DNA of 34,822 nucleotides from an uncultured Actinomycetes bacterium (lineage in GTDB: Bacteria; Actinomycetota; Thermoleophilia; UBA2241). The notes beneath the pieces are model-generated. The model was not told the DNA's origin. It was given only the letters and a program-made list of their open reading frames with translations, and made no database searches. The position numbers were made by a program, and so were the translations under genes. Location of the stretch: NCBI GenBank assembly GCA_963755025.1, contig CAVWIH010000003.1, positions 1 through 34,822 on the forward strand. Reading direction: 5' to 3'. This document shows positions 1 through 7,960 of this stretch, piece by piece. Each line of letters opens with the position of its first letter. Position 1 is the first letter of the stretch.

Positions 1-76
1 CGTGCAGCATGCCGCAGAACGGCAAGCCGCAGGGAGGCTGAGCTACGATTGAATGCGGCGGACGGCACGACCGCAT

Positions 77-105
77 AGATTACACGAGTATCTGAGGCAT
101 GGCAA
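77..105 (-). promoter_or_regulatory. Sigma70-type promoter TTGCCA-N17-TAATCT firing out of the window's left end (rpoB normally follows rplL)
   Basis: Minus strand reads ttgcca tgcctcagatactcgtg taatct; the downstream gene is inferred from conserved synteny only. Confidence 0.5.
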
Positions 106-196
106 GAGGGTGCAAGATGTGGTTGCCCACAACTTGCACCCCCCAAACCAGGGCTTTGAGGGCGGCGCTTACCGCCCCACGGGATGACTCGGGTGT

Positions 197-586
197 CTAT
201 TTGACTTCGACGGTGGCGCCGGCCGCTTCGAGCTGCTTCTTTGCCTCTTCGGCCTCGTCCTTGTTGACGCCCTCTTTGATCGGCTTGGGGGCCTCTTCGA
301 CGACCGCCTTGGCCTCTTTGAGGCCGAGCCCGGTGAGGGCGCGGACGACCTTGATGACCTCGATCTTCTTCTCGCCGTAGGACTGCAGCACGACATCGAA
401 GGCCGTCTGCTCTTCTTTTTCTTCTGCCTCGCCGCCGCCGGCGGCGGGAGCCGCTACGGCCATCGGGGCGGCCGCGCTCACGCCGAACTCGTCTTCGAGG
501 GCGTGCACCAGCTCGGCCAGGTCGAGGACGCTCATCTTCTTGATCTGCTCGATGAGCTCGTCTTTGGTAAGTGTCTTGTCTGCCAC
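197..586 (-). CDS. rplL: 50S ribosomal protein L7/L12
   Basis: [12 protein letters not shown] hinge, [31 protein letters not shown]; follows rplJ. Confidence 0.98.
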   Translation of the reverse strand: MADKTLTKDELIEQIKKMSVLDLAELVHALEDEFGVSAAAPMAVAAPAAGGGEAEEKEEQTAFDVVLQSYGEKKIEVIKVVRALTGLGLKEAKAVVEEAPKPIKEGVNKDEAEEAKKQLEAAGATVEVK

Positions 587-646
587 GTCAGTCCACCTCG
601 TCGTTGGAACGTTCGTTTCAGTGACTCGTGCAGCGAGCGGGGCCGC

Positions 647-1177
647 TCAGGCCTCGCCGGCCGCCGTCTTTTGGTCGACGATCTGCTGGAGCGCCCGGGC
701 GAAGCCCGAGATCGTGCCTTGCAGCACCGTGACCAGGCCGGTCAGCGGCGCCGCCATGGTGCCGACCACCTGGCCGAGCAGCACGTCGCGCGAGGGCAGC
801 GCGGACAGCGACCGCACGCCTTCGGGGTCGATCATGTCGCCCTGCAGCAGGCCGCCGCGCACCACGAGCTTGGGGTGAGTGCGCATGAACTCGATGAGCG
901 CCTTGGCGGGCGCCACCGGGTCGGCGCCGCAGAAGGTCACGGCCGTCGGGCCCGTGAGCAGCGGCACGATCTGCTCGCGACCGGCCGCCGCGGCGGCGCG
1001 CCGCGCGAGCGTGTTCTTGAGCACGTGCAGCTGGGCGTCGCCGTCGCGCAGCTTGGCGCGCAGCTCGGTGAGCTCGGTCACCGTGAGACCGCGGTAGTCG
1101 CTCAGGTAGAGCGCTTCGGTCGCGGCCAGGAGCCGTGTCGCCTCTTCGACTACCGCCTCTTTGTCTTTTCGCAGCAT
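647..1177 (-). CDS. rplJ: 50S ribosomal protein L10
   Basis: DYRGLTVTELTELRAKL, VLKNTLARRA, LTGPTA, LSALPSRDVL; start moved to ATG 1177 (MLRKDK) behind a GAGG RBS. Confidence 0.96.
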   Translation of the reverse strand: MLRKDKEAVVEEATRLLAATEALYLSDYRGLTVTELTELRAKLRDGDAQLHVLKNTLARRAAAAAGREQIVPLLTGPTAVTFCGADPVAPAKALIEFMRTHPKLVVRGGLLQGDMIDPEGVRSLSALPSRDVLLGQVVGTMAAPLTGLVTVLQGTISGFARALQQIVDQKTAAGEA

Positions 1178-1197
1178 GTGAGACCTCGCGTCGAACG

Positions 1198-1224
1198 AAA
1201 AACCCGCTCCCGGACGGGAACGGG
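1198..1224 (-). terminator. Intrinsic terminator/attenuator hairpin in the rplJ leader
   Basis: CCCGTTCCC-GTCC-GGGAGCGGG followed by TTTTT, about 20 nt before the rplJ start. Confidence 0.7.
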
Positions 1225-1257
1225 CCGACAGGCATGGTGCAAGTCTGGCGCGATTCT

Positions 1258-1322
1258 CGCCTCGGGCGGGCGGGCCATCTGGGCCCATTTACGTTCCCCA
1301 CCGGGGAACACCGACCGTCACC
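1258..1322 (-). ncRNA. L10 ribosomal leader (autoregulatory RNA)
   Basis: GACGGTCGGT...two hairpins joined by TAAA...CCCGCCCGAGG upstream of rplJ, resembling the L10-leader architecture. Confidence 0.6.
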
Positions 1323-1492
1323 GGCTTGCGACGCGCGAACGCGCCGCGAATGCGCAGTATAGGTGTTGCGCCGGCCGCTGGCAACTGCGCCTGCCGACGG
1401 CCCCGCCCGTGCTGCTCGGTGCGCCGCGGACAGGCGGCGCGGTCGCTGCCGGTCGGGCGCGAGGCGGCGAGCCAGGCCCGCCGCCCGAAACG

Positions 1493-2197
1493 CTAGGCTT
1501 CGAGCAGGTCGCGCTGCCGCGTGCCGTCGAGCTCGATCGACGGGCCCATGGTCGACGTGAGATTGACGCTCTTCAGGTAGCGCCCTTTGGAGGCCGACGG
1601 CTTGGCGCGCACGATCTCGTCGAGCACGGCGCTGTAGTTCTCGACCAGCTGACGCTCGTCGAACGACTTCTTGCCGATGCTCAGGTGGATGATGCCGCTG
1701 CGGTCGGTGCGGTACTCGACCTTGCCGGCCTTGGCGTCGGTGACGGCCTTGCCGACGTCGAAGGTGACCGTGCCGGACTTGGGGTTCGGCATGAGACCGC
1801 GCGGACCGAGGATGCGGCCAAGCTTGCCGACGGTGCCCATCATGTCGGGCGTGGCGATGGCCACATCGAAGTCGAACTGGCCGGCCTGGATCTGCTTGGC
1901 GAGGTCGTCGGTGCCGACGATGTCGGCGCCGGCCTCGGTGGCCTCGCGGGCCTTGTCGCCCTCGGCGAACACGGCGACGCGCACGGTGCGGCCGGTGCCG
2001 TGGGGCAGGATGGTGGTGCCGCGCACGATCTGGTCGGCGTGGCGAACGTCGACGCCAAGGCGGAAGTGGACTTCGACGGTCTCGTCGAACTTGGCCGTTT
2101 CGAGCGCCTTGAGCAGGCGCATGCCTTCGAGCGGCGTGTAGACCCTGTCGGGGTCGATGGCAGCGCGGGCTGCCTGATACTTGCGGCCGTGGGCCAT
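1493..2197 (-). CDS. rplA: 50S ribosomal protein L1
   Basis: KFDETVE, LPHGTG, LGPRGLMPNPKSGTVT, STMGP. Confidence 0.98.
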   Translation of the reverse strand: MAHGRKYQAARAAIDPDRVYTPLEGMRLLKALETAKFDETVEVHFRLGVDVRHADQIVRGTTILPHGTGRTVRVAVFAEGDKAREATEAGADIVGTDDLAKQIQAGQFDFDVAIATPDMMGTVGKLGRILGPRGLMPNPKSGTVTFDVGKAVTDAKAGKVEYRTDRSGIIHLSIGKKSFDERQLVENYSAVLDEIVRAKPSASKGRYLKSVNLTSTMGPSIELDGTRQRDLLEA

Positions 2198-2208
2198 GGT
2201 GCCTCCTT

Positions 2209-2243
2209 GTGGTTCAGGCGGCGGCCTGACGGCCGCCTCCCAC
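2209..2243 (-). promoter_or_regulatory. L1-binding leader site before rplA
   Basis: GTGGGAG-hairpin-AACCAC directly upstream of the AAGGAGG RBS of rplA. Confidence 0.6.
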
Positions 2244-2316
2244 CGCGCACGCCGGCTGGCGTACGCCTGGTTGTGCTTTGCTTACCCTTTGGTCGGTGGT
2301 CGGCAGTCGCCCGTGC

Positions 2317-2745
2317 TCAGGCCTTGTCGACCGTGATGCCCATGCTGCGCGCCGTGCCCTCGATGATGCGCATCGCGGCTTCGACGTCGTTGGCGTTCAG
2401 GTCGGGCATCTTGAGCTCGGCGATCTCGCGCACCTTGTCGCGCGACACGTTGGCGACCTTGACGCGGTTGGGCTCGCCGGAACCCTTGTCGACGCCGGCG
2501 GCTTCGCGCAGCAGCACGGCGGCCGGCGGCGTCTTGGTGATGAACGTGAACGAGCGATCCTCGAAGACTGAGATCTCGACGGGGATGATCGTGCCGTTCT
2601 GGGCCTGCGTACGGGCGTTGAACGCCTTGCAGAACTCCATGATGTTGACGCCATGCTGGCCCAGGGCGGGGCCCACCGGAGGCGCCGGGTTGGCGGCGCC
2701 CGCGGGGATCTGCAACTTGATAATGGTCATGACCTTCTTGGCCAC
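2317..2745 (-). CDS. rplK: 50S ribosomal protein L11
   Basis: [39 protein letters not shown]. Confidence 0.98.
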   Translation of the reverse strand: MAKKVMTIIKLQIPAGAANPAPPVGPALGQHGVNIMEFCKAFNARTQAQNGTIIPVEISVFEDRSFTFITKTPPAAVLLREAAGVDKGSGEPNRVKVANVSRDKVREIAELKMPDLNANDVEAAMRIIEGTARSMGITVDKA

Positions 2746-2778
2746 GTCATCCTCGCTTCGTCAGGGGGATCACTGCTG

Positions 2779-3303
2779 TCAGCCTGTCTTTTTGACCTGC
2801 TCGAACCCGAGCTCGACGGGCGTTTCGCGGCCGAAGATCGAGACCATCACCTTGAGCTTGTTCTGGTCGGCGTTGACCTCGGAGACCTCGCCCGAGAAGT
2901 CGGACAACGGACCAGAGGTGACGCGTACGACTTCGCCGACCGAGAATTCGGCCTTCTGCTTGGGACGTTCGACGGAGGCGGTGTGAAGGATGCGGTCGAC
3001 TTCGGCGCGCGAGAGAGCCACCGGCTTGTTGGCGGCCCCCACGAAACCGGTCACGCCGGGGGTGTTCTTGACGGCCGACCACGATTCGTCGGTGAGCTCC
3101 ATCTGCACCAGCACGTAGCCGGGGAACACACGCTTTTCGGTCGTGATCTTCTCGCCGTCTTTGGTCTCGACGACCTGTTCGGTGGGCACGACCACGCGCA
3201 CGATCGCCTCTTGCTGCGCCATCGAGACGATGCGGTGCTCGAGGTTCTCCTTCACCTTGTTCTCGTGGCCCGAGTACGTGTTGACCACATACCACTGGAA
3301 CAC
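2779..3303 (-). CDS. nusG: Transcription termination/antitermination factor NusG
   Basis: [34 protein letters not shown] motif, [10 protein letters not shown]. Confidence 0.98.
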   Translation of the reverse strand: MFQWYVVNTYSGHENKVKENLEHRIVSMAQQEAIVRVVVPTEQVVETKDGEKITTEKRVFPGYVLVQMELTDESWSAVKNTPGVTGFVGAANKPVALSRAEVDRILHTASVERPKQKAEFSVGEVVRVTSGPLSDFSGEVSEVNADQNKLKVMVSIFGRETPVELGFEQVKKTG

Positions 3304-3319
3304 ACCGACTCCGTTTCTG

Positions 3320-3670
3320 TTACTTGGGCAGGATGTACTGCAAGAGGTGGGCGAACACCCAGTCGAGCGCCCCTGTGTACACGCCGGCGATGGCTACGGC
3401 GACGAGCACGACGAGCGTTGACATGAGCAGCTCATTGCGAGTCGGCCACGTGACCTTCGACAGCTCGAGACGTACGTCGCGCAGGAACTTTGAGAAGCTG
3501 AAGCCCTGCTTTTGGCCGGAACGCGACTGGGCGCGCTGCTTGGCCGCGGACGTCTTCGAAGCGCGCTTTGCCGGCGCTCCCTTGGTGGGGCGTGCATCGC
3601 GCTTGCCGGTCTGCGTGGTGTCGGACTTTTTGCCCGATCCCGTCTGATTGTTCCTCACGGCTTTCGCCAC
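3320..3670 (-). CDS. secE: Preprotein translocase subunit SecE with basic N-terminal extension
   Basis: [15 protein letters not shown] followed by one TM helix; lies between tRNA-Trp and nusG. Confidence 0.92.
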   Translation of the reverse strand: MAKAVRNNQTGSGKKSDTTQTGKRDARPTKGAPAKRASKTSAAKQRAQSRSGQKQGFSFSKFLRDVRLELSKVTWPTRNELLMSTLVVLVAVAIAGVYTGALDWVFAHLLQYILPK

Positions 3671-3689
3671 GACGATGCTCCGTTTCGAC

Positions 3690-3765
3690 TGGCAGGGCTG
3701 GAGGGACTCGAACCCCCGACCCCCGGTTTTGGAGACCGGTGCTCTACCAATTGAGCTACAGCCCT
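3690..3765 (-). tRNA. tRNA-Trp (CCA)
   Basis: AGGGCTGTAGCTCAATTGGTAGAGCACCGGTCTCCAAAACCGG...GGTTCGAGTCCCTCCAGCCCTGCCA; 76 nt, encoded CCA end. Confidence 0.97.
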
Positions 3766-3811
3766 AAGGAAGCCAGACGCCGCCCCGCATACCCGCGGAG
3801 CAACGCCGGTC

Positions 3812-3961
3812 CTAACGAGTTTCCTTGTGAACGGTGTGCCGTCCGCACCAGCGACAGTACTTTTTGATCTCGATGCGGTCGGGGTCGTTCTTCTTGTTCT
3901 TATTCGTATGGTAGTTGCGACGCTTGCATTCCTGGCAAGCGAGAGTCACCAGTTGGCGCAC
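3812..3961 (-). CDS. rpmG: 50S ribosomal protein L33, Zn-ribbon form (not in ORF track)
   Basis: Hand translation [49 protein letters not shown], 49 aa; GGGAGA RBS. Confidence 0.97.
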   Translation of the reverse strand: MRQLVTLACQECKRRNYHTNKNKKNDPDRIEIKKYCRWCGRHTVHKETR

Positions 3962-3989
3962 GCTGTCTCCCTTTCACAGAAAGCAAGTT

Positions 3990-4018
3990 AGGATAGCAGG
4001 CCTTCGCGAGGGGGTCAA
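3990..4018 (-). promoter_or_regulatory. Promoter for the rpmG-secE-nusG operon
   Basis: TTGACC-N17-TATCCT with extended TG; a second TGcTATACT -10 box sits at 4080-4088. Confidence 0.6.
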
Positions 4019-4249
4019 CGAGCCTCGGGCCCGTGCGGCGTACTGGCGCCGACCGGGCCACGCCCCCTGGCGAGGCGTGAGTATAGCAGACCACGGGGGC
4101 GCCGCAACACGGAGCGCCAGAGTCTCTGTCGTTACGGTTGTGTCCCCAGCGCCGCCCGGGGTCAACCGCATCGGTCGGCCTTTCGCCCCGGCGGACCGGC
4201 TCGCCGCGGCGAGCGTGTAGAATCGTCTGCGACCGGAGACAGGGGAGCA

Positions 4250-5422
4250 GTGGACGACGACCGCAGCAGCGAGCAGACCGAGCCGGCCGCCGAAGGTCCG
4301 GTCACGAGCGGTCCGCCGCCCGACCCGGCGCAGGCGCCCGACGACCAGGGACAGGCGCCCGACGACCAGGGACGGCCCCCGGCGTGGCAGCCACCCGCCT
4401 GGCCGCCGGCGCCCGGAGGGCCGCCCGCGTGGTCGCCCCCGACTCAGCAGCCTTCCGCGTGGTCGCCGCCGCCGCCCGACGCGCTGCAGCCCTCCGCGTG
4501 GCCGCCGCCGCGCGACGCGCAGCAGCGGCCTCCGTGGCGACAGGCCGAGCAGCAGCCCGCGCGACAGGCACCCGCCTGGCCGCCGCCCGATGCTCGCCAG
4601 GCGGCCACCGCCCGACGGCCGGCGCAGCAGTACGGTGCGCCGCGCGTGGGCACGCCCGCGCCGCCGGCCGACGCGCAGACCTTCGGCGTCACCCCCGGCC
4701 TGCGACCCGGTCAGGTGCCCTGGCACGGGCGCGACGTGCTCTTCGCCGTGCTCATTGCCGCGGCGCCGATCGCCGCCCTCACCGTGGTGGGCACCATCTC
4801 GAGCGGGAGCGCGTCGGCCGCCAGCCAGACACCGACCGCCGCCTACGCCTTCGCGGCGATCGTCTCGACCGTGCTGGTCGACGGCTGGCTCGTCTTCTGG
4901 GCCTGGTTCTTCTCGCTGCGCAAGTACCGGCTCTCGCTTTCGAGCTACGGCTTTCGCGGCTTCGAAGAGACCAGCTCGTGGGCCGTGGCGGCGGCCGTCA
5001 TCGTGGGCGGCGTGCTGGCCACCACCGTGCTCGGCACGATCAGCGACTACGCCTACCGCAGGATCGTGGGCCCGGTGCCCAAGGAGAACGTCGTGACGAT
5101 CTTCCCCCACACCTCGGCCGGGCTCGTGCTGTTCATCGTGCTGGCGGTCGTCGTGGCGCCGCTCCTCGAAGAGACGTTCTTCCGCGGCTTCGTGTTTCAG
5201 GGGCTGGCGCGCTCGTGGGGACCGCTTGCCGGGGCGCTCACGTCGGCGCTGATCTTCGCCGCGTGGCACCAGCAGCTGTCGGTGCTCGTCCCGATCTTCG
5301 GTCTGGGGATCCTGCTGGCGGCCCTGTTCTACTGGACCAAGTCGATCTACGCGAACATCACCTTCCACGCCGCGTTCAACGCCCTCGGCATCATCGCCTG
5401 GTGGTACGTGACCAAGGGCTGA
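4250..5422 (+). CDS. CPBP (CAAX protease/Abi) family intramembrane metalloprotease with Pro/Gln/Trp-rich N-terminus
   Basis: APLLEETFFRG, IFAAWH and HAAFN motifs; multiple TM helices; GGGGAG RBS. Confidence 0.9.
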   Translation: MDDDRSSEQTEPAAEGPVTSGPPPDPAQAPDDQGQAPDDQGRPPAWQPPAWPPAPGGPPAWSPPTQQPSAWSPPPPDALQPSAWPPPRDAQQRPPWRQAEQQPARQAPAWPPPDARQAATARRPAQQYGAPRVGTPAPPADAQTFGVTPGLRPGQVPWHGRDVLFAVLIAAAPIAALTVVGTISSGSASAASQTPTAAYAFAAIVSTVLVDGWLVFWAWFFSLRKYRLSLSSYGFRGFEETSSWAVAAAVIVGGVLATTVLGTISDYAYRRIVGPVPKENVVTIFPHTSAGLVLFIVLAVVVAPLLEETFFRGFVFQGLARSWGPLAGALTSALIFAAWHQQLSVLVPIFGLGILLAALFYWTKSIYANITFHAAFNALGIIAWWYVTKG

Positions 5423-5431
5423 CCGGCGGCC

Positions 5432-6256
5432 TTACTGCAGCAGGGTGGGCTTGCGCAGCTCGCGGCAGTGGCAGGGGGCGTCGTCGCGCGACCACGACAC
5501 GGCCGCGTCGAGCACCACGCGACCCATGACGAAGGCATCGTCGGTGAACCGCCGCTTGAGCTCGTCGTGACTCCAGTCTTCGACCACGCCCTCGGCGTAG
5601 TTCACGATGAGGTAGATGCCGGCGTAGCAGGCACCGATGTCGCGGGCCAGCCAGACCTCGGGCGAGAAGCTCTGCCCCACGACGTCGCCCGCGCTCTGCA
5701 GGTGGCGGACCTCGGCCGGCGACTCGAAGCGCGGACCCTCGGTCACCACATAGACACCGCGCGAGAAGAGGCGCCGGTCGGGCGCCAGGCGCCCGGCGCC
5801 GCGCAGCAGCGCCGCGCGACCCACCGGACACACCGGCTCGCGCATGATGAGCAGGCGGCCGCCCACCACGCCCTCGCCGGCGCGCTCGGTCGTCAGGTCG
5901 ACGAAGTCGTCGCAGACCACGAGATCGCCCGGGTCGAGCAGGTGGTTCAGGCTCCCGACGCCGGCCTCGGAGAGGATGCGGCGCACGCCGGCCCTGTGCA
6001 GCACGCTGAAGACCTGGCGCGAGGCCAGGCCGCGCGGCACACCCGGGCGCCAGCCGTGCATGCGCACGTGCAGCACGGGCTCGCCGGCGAGCGTGAACAG
6101 CTGAAAGGGCGGACTGTCGCCGTAGGGCGTCTCGAACACGAGGCCCTCGGCGAGCGGGCTGGCGTCGGGGTGCAGGTCGCCGGGAAAGGCGCCCCCCTGA
6201 GTCGCTGAGCCACCGATCACCGCCAGCGCGGCGGCCGGCACCGCGGCCAGTGGCAC
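5432..6256 (-). CDS. MTAP-family purine nucleoside phosphorylase
   Basis: AVIGGS, ETPYG, GVGSL, DDFVDLT, EGPRFESPAE, VNYAEG. Confidence 0.85.
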   Translation of the reverse strand: MPLAAVPAAALAVIGGSATQGGAFPGDLHPDASPLAEGLVFETPYGDSPPFQLFTLAGEPVLHVRMHGWRPGVPRGLASRQVFSVLHRAGVRRILSEAGVGSLNHLLDPGDLVVCDDFVDLTTERAGEGVVGGRLLIMREPVCPVGRAALLRGAGRLAPDRRLFSRGVYVVTEGPRFESPAEVRHLQSAGDVVGQSFSPEVWLARDIGACYAGIYLIVNYAEGVVEDWSHDELKRRFTDDAFVMGRVVLDAAVSWSRDDAPCHCRELRKPTLLQ

Positions 6257-6259
6257 CGG

Positions 6260-7045
6260 TCAGAACCCCGTGATCTGGGTGGGCACCCGCACGGCGACCA
6301 GCTGCACGTGGTCGCCGGCGTCGGTGGTGAAGCGGCGCAGGCCCTGGTCGAGCGTGGTCGGGAACCCGCGCACGGCGCCGAGCACGCTCTCGCCGGCGGT
6401 GACGTTGGCGCCGATCATGACCTGGGGCCTGATCACGTGGGTGATGATGAGCAGCAGGCTGGGGTCGTCGGCGAGCTGCAGGTCGATCTCGGTGTCGGTG
6501 TAGCGACCGAGGAGCTTGTAGGTGGTGACGGCCATCACGCGGCCGTCGACCGGGCTGTAGACGAAGGCGCCGGGCACGGCCCCCACGTCGAGGCCGGCGG
6601 TGCGCGACGAGGCGTCGCTCGCGTCGCCGCTCATCATGTAGTAGCGCATGCCGCCGCTGGCGAAGAGGTCGGCCAGGGTGCCGGTCACGCCCGAGGGATC
6701 GCCTTGCTGGCCCACCGGGCTGAGCGCGACGCTGTTGGCGTTGTCGACGGGGTGAAAGGCGACGGCGGTGGTCGCTTCGAGTCTGACGGGCAGCAGGATG
6801 CTGACGTTCTCGAGCTTGGCCACCACGACCCGGCGGTCGACGGCGCCTGCCTGGCCGAATTGCGACACCACGTTCGCCGTGGGCACACGGGCCGGCTTGG
6901 ACACGGGCCAGGCGTAGGCGGCCCAGACCGCCCCGAGGACAAGAGGGACGACCACTGCGATGGCCGTGAAACGCCGGCGCCTGACCTGACTCCGACGGAC
7001 CTTCCTGGCCTGCCGTCGTTCGTTACTCAGGCTCTGCATGGTCAT
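6260..7045 (-). CDS. Membrane-anchored M23/LytM-like fold protein, probably non-catalytic
   Basis: Basic N-terminus plus TM helix; GLDVGAVPGAFVYSPVDGRV and GANVTAGESVLG resemble M23; start 7045 or 7039. Confidence 0.55.
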   Translation of the reverse strand: MTMQSLSNERRQARKVRRSQVRRRRFTAIAVVVPLVLGAVWAAYAWPVSKPARVPTANVVSQFGQAGAVDRRVVVAKLENVSILLPVRLEATTAVAFHPVDNANSVALSPVGQQGDPSGVTGTLADLFASGGMRYYMMSGDASDASSRTAGLDVGAVPGAFVYSPVDGRVMAVTTYKLLGRYTDTEIDLQLADDPSLLLIITHVIRPQVMIGANVTAGESVLGAVRGFPTTLDQGLRRFTTDAGDHVQLVAVRVPTQITGF

Positions 7046-7267
7046 GAGGGTATACGCGTCGGCGGCTTCGCGCAACAGGCCGCGTCCTCCCCGAGGCTCG
7101 CTGCGGCCGGCTGGTTGCCTGGCCAGACAACGCGTTCCCGACCTCGATCGTTCGTGAACCGTCGGACGCCGCTCAAGTCAACCGGACCTGCCTCCGATAC
7201 GTCCAGCAGACGTGCGCTCACAAGCGACCCCGGCGACCGCGCCGGGGGCGAACGTCCGGAGGCAGTC

Positions 7268-7780
7268 ATGAAACGACTCTCCCTCATCGTCGCCCTTGCA
7301 GCGATCGCCGTGCTCGGCGTCGGACCAGCCGCCTCGGCCCACGCCACCACGCTCACCAAACCCGAACAGCAGCTCCTCGCCCTGATCAACCACACGCGGG
7401 CCAAGCACGGCATGCACAAACTGACCGCGATCAACTGCCTCGAACGCGCCTCGCACTCGCACTCCCGCGACATGGTCAAGTACGACTACTTCAGCCACAA
7501 CTCCCACAGCGGCGAGTCGTTCGCGGCGCGCCTCATCCGCTTCGGCTACGGCCACGCGGGCTACACGAGCTGGGCGATCGGCGAGGACATCGCCTGCGGT
7601 TACGGCTCGGGCGCCACGCCCAAGGCGATCTTCCGCGCCTGGATGCACAGCCCGGCCCACCGCGCCGTCATTCTGACCAGGCGGTTCCGCAGCGTCGGCC
7701 TGGGCCGTTCGAAGGGTACGGTCAAGGGCGTCTCGGGCGTCGTGTTCTTCACCCTCGACTGCGGCGTGCGCACGCACTAG
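7268..7780 (+). CDS. Secreted CAP (SCP) domain protein
   Basis: Signal peptide MKRLSLIVALAAIAVL; LINHTR, HSRDM...FSH, GEDIA, WMHSPAHRAVIL; GGAGG RBS. Confidence 0.9.
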   Translation: MKRLSLIVALAAIAVLGVGPAASAHATTLTKPEQQLLALINHTRAKHGMHKLTAINCLERASHSHSRDMVKYDYFSHNSHSGESFAARLIRFGYGHAGYTSWAIGEDIACGYGSGATPKAIFRAWMHSPAHRAVILTRRFRSVGLGRSKGTVKGVSGVVFFTLDCGVRTH

Positions 7781-7784
7781 ACGC

Positions 7785-7884
7785 GCGACGAAGTCACGCC
7801 TGTCTGAGCGGCGACGACGAAGTCGACCGACGGACAGGCATAGCGACGAAGTCACGCCTGTCTGAGCGGCGACGACGAAGTCGA
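7785..7884 (+). repeat. Two identical 42-bp direct repeats with a 16-bp spacer
   Basis: GCGACGAAGTCACGCCTGTCTGAGCGGCGACGACGAAGTCGA at 7785-7826 and 7843-7884. Confidence 0.9.
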
Positions 7885-7960
7885 TCGCCGGCCTTAGACG
7901 CGTCGCGGCGCCCCCACGCCATCTGGGCGTTTCCGGGCCGGCATCGGCTAGGATGACGCC

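Noticed and set aside
503-2986. 827-aa plus-strand ORF, and similar long ORFs at 8008-10629, 11907-13685 and 19978-21444
   Set aside because: Antisense shadows of real genes, expected at this GC content
5432-6256. MTAP-family gene as substitute for the missing MqnB
   Set aside because: 20 kb from the mqn cluster with no sequence evidence; MqnB may be encoded elsewhere
7800-7850. Hammerhead ribozyme in the repeat (CTGA...CGAA)
   Set aside because: Lacks the CUGANGA and GAAA core
7785-7884. Mini CRISPR array
   Set aside because: Only two repeats, the 16-nt spacer is too short and base-pairs with the repeat, and there are no cas genes
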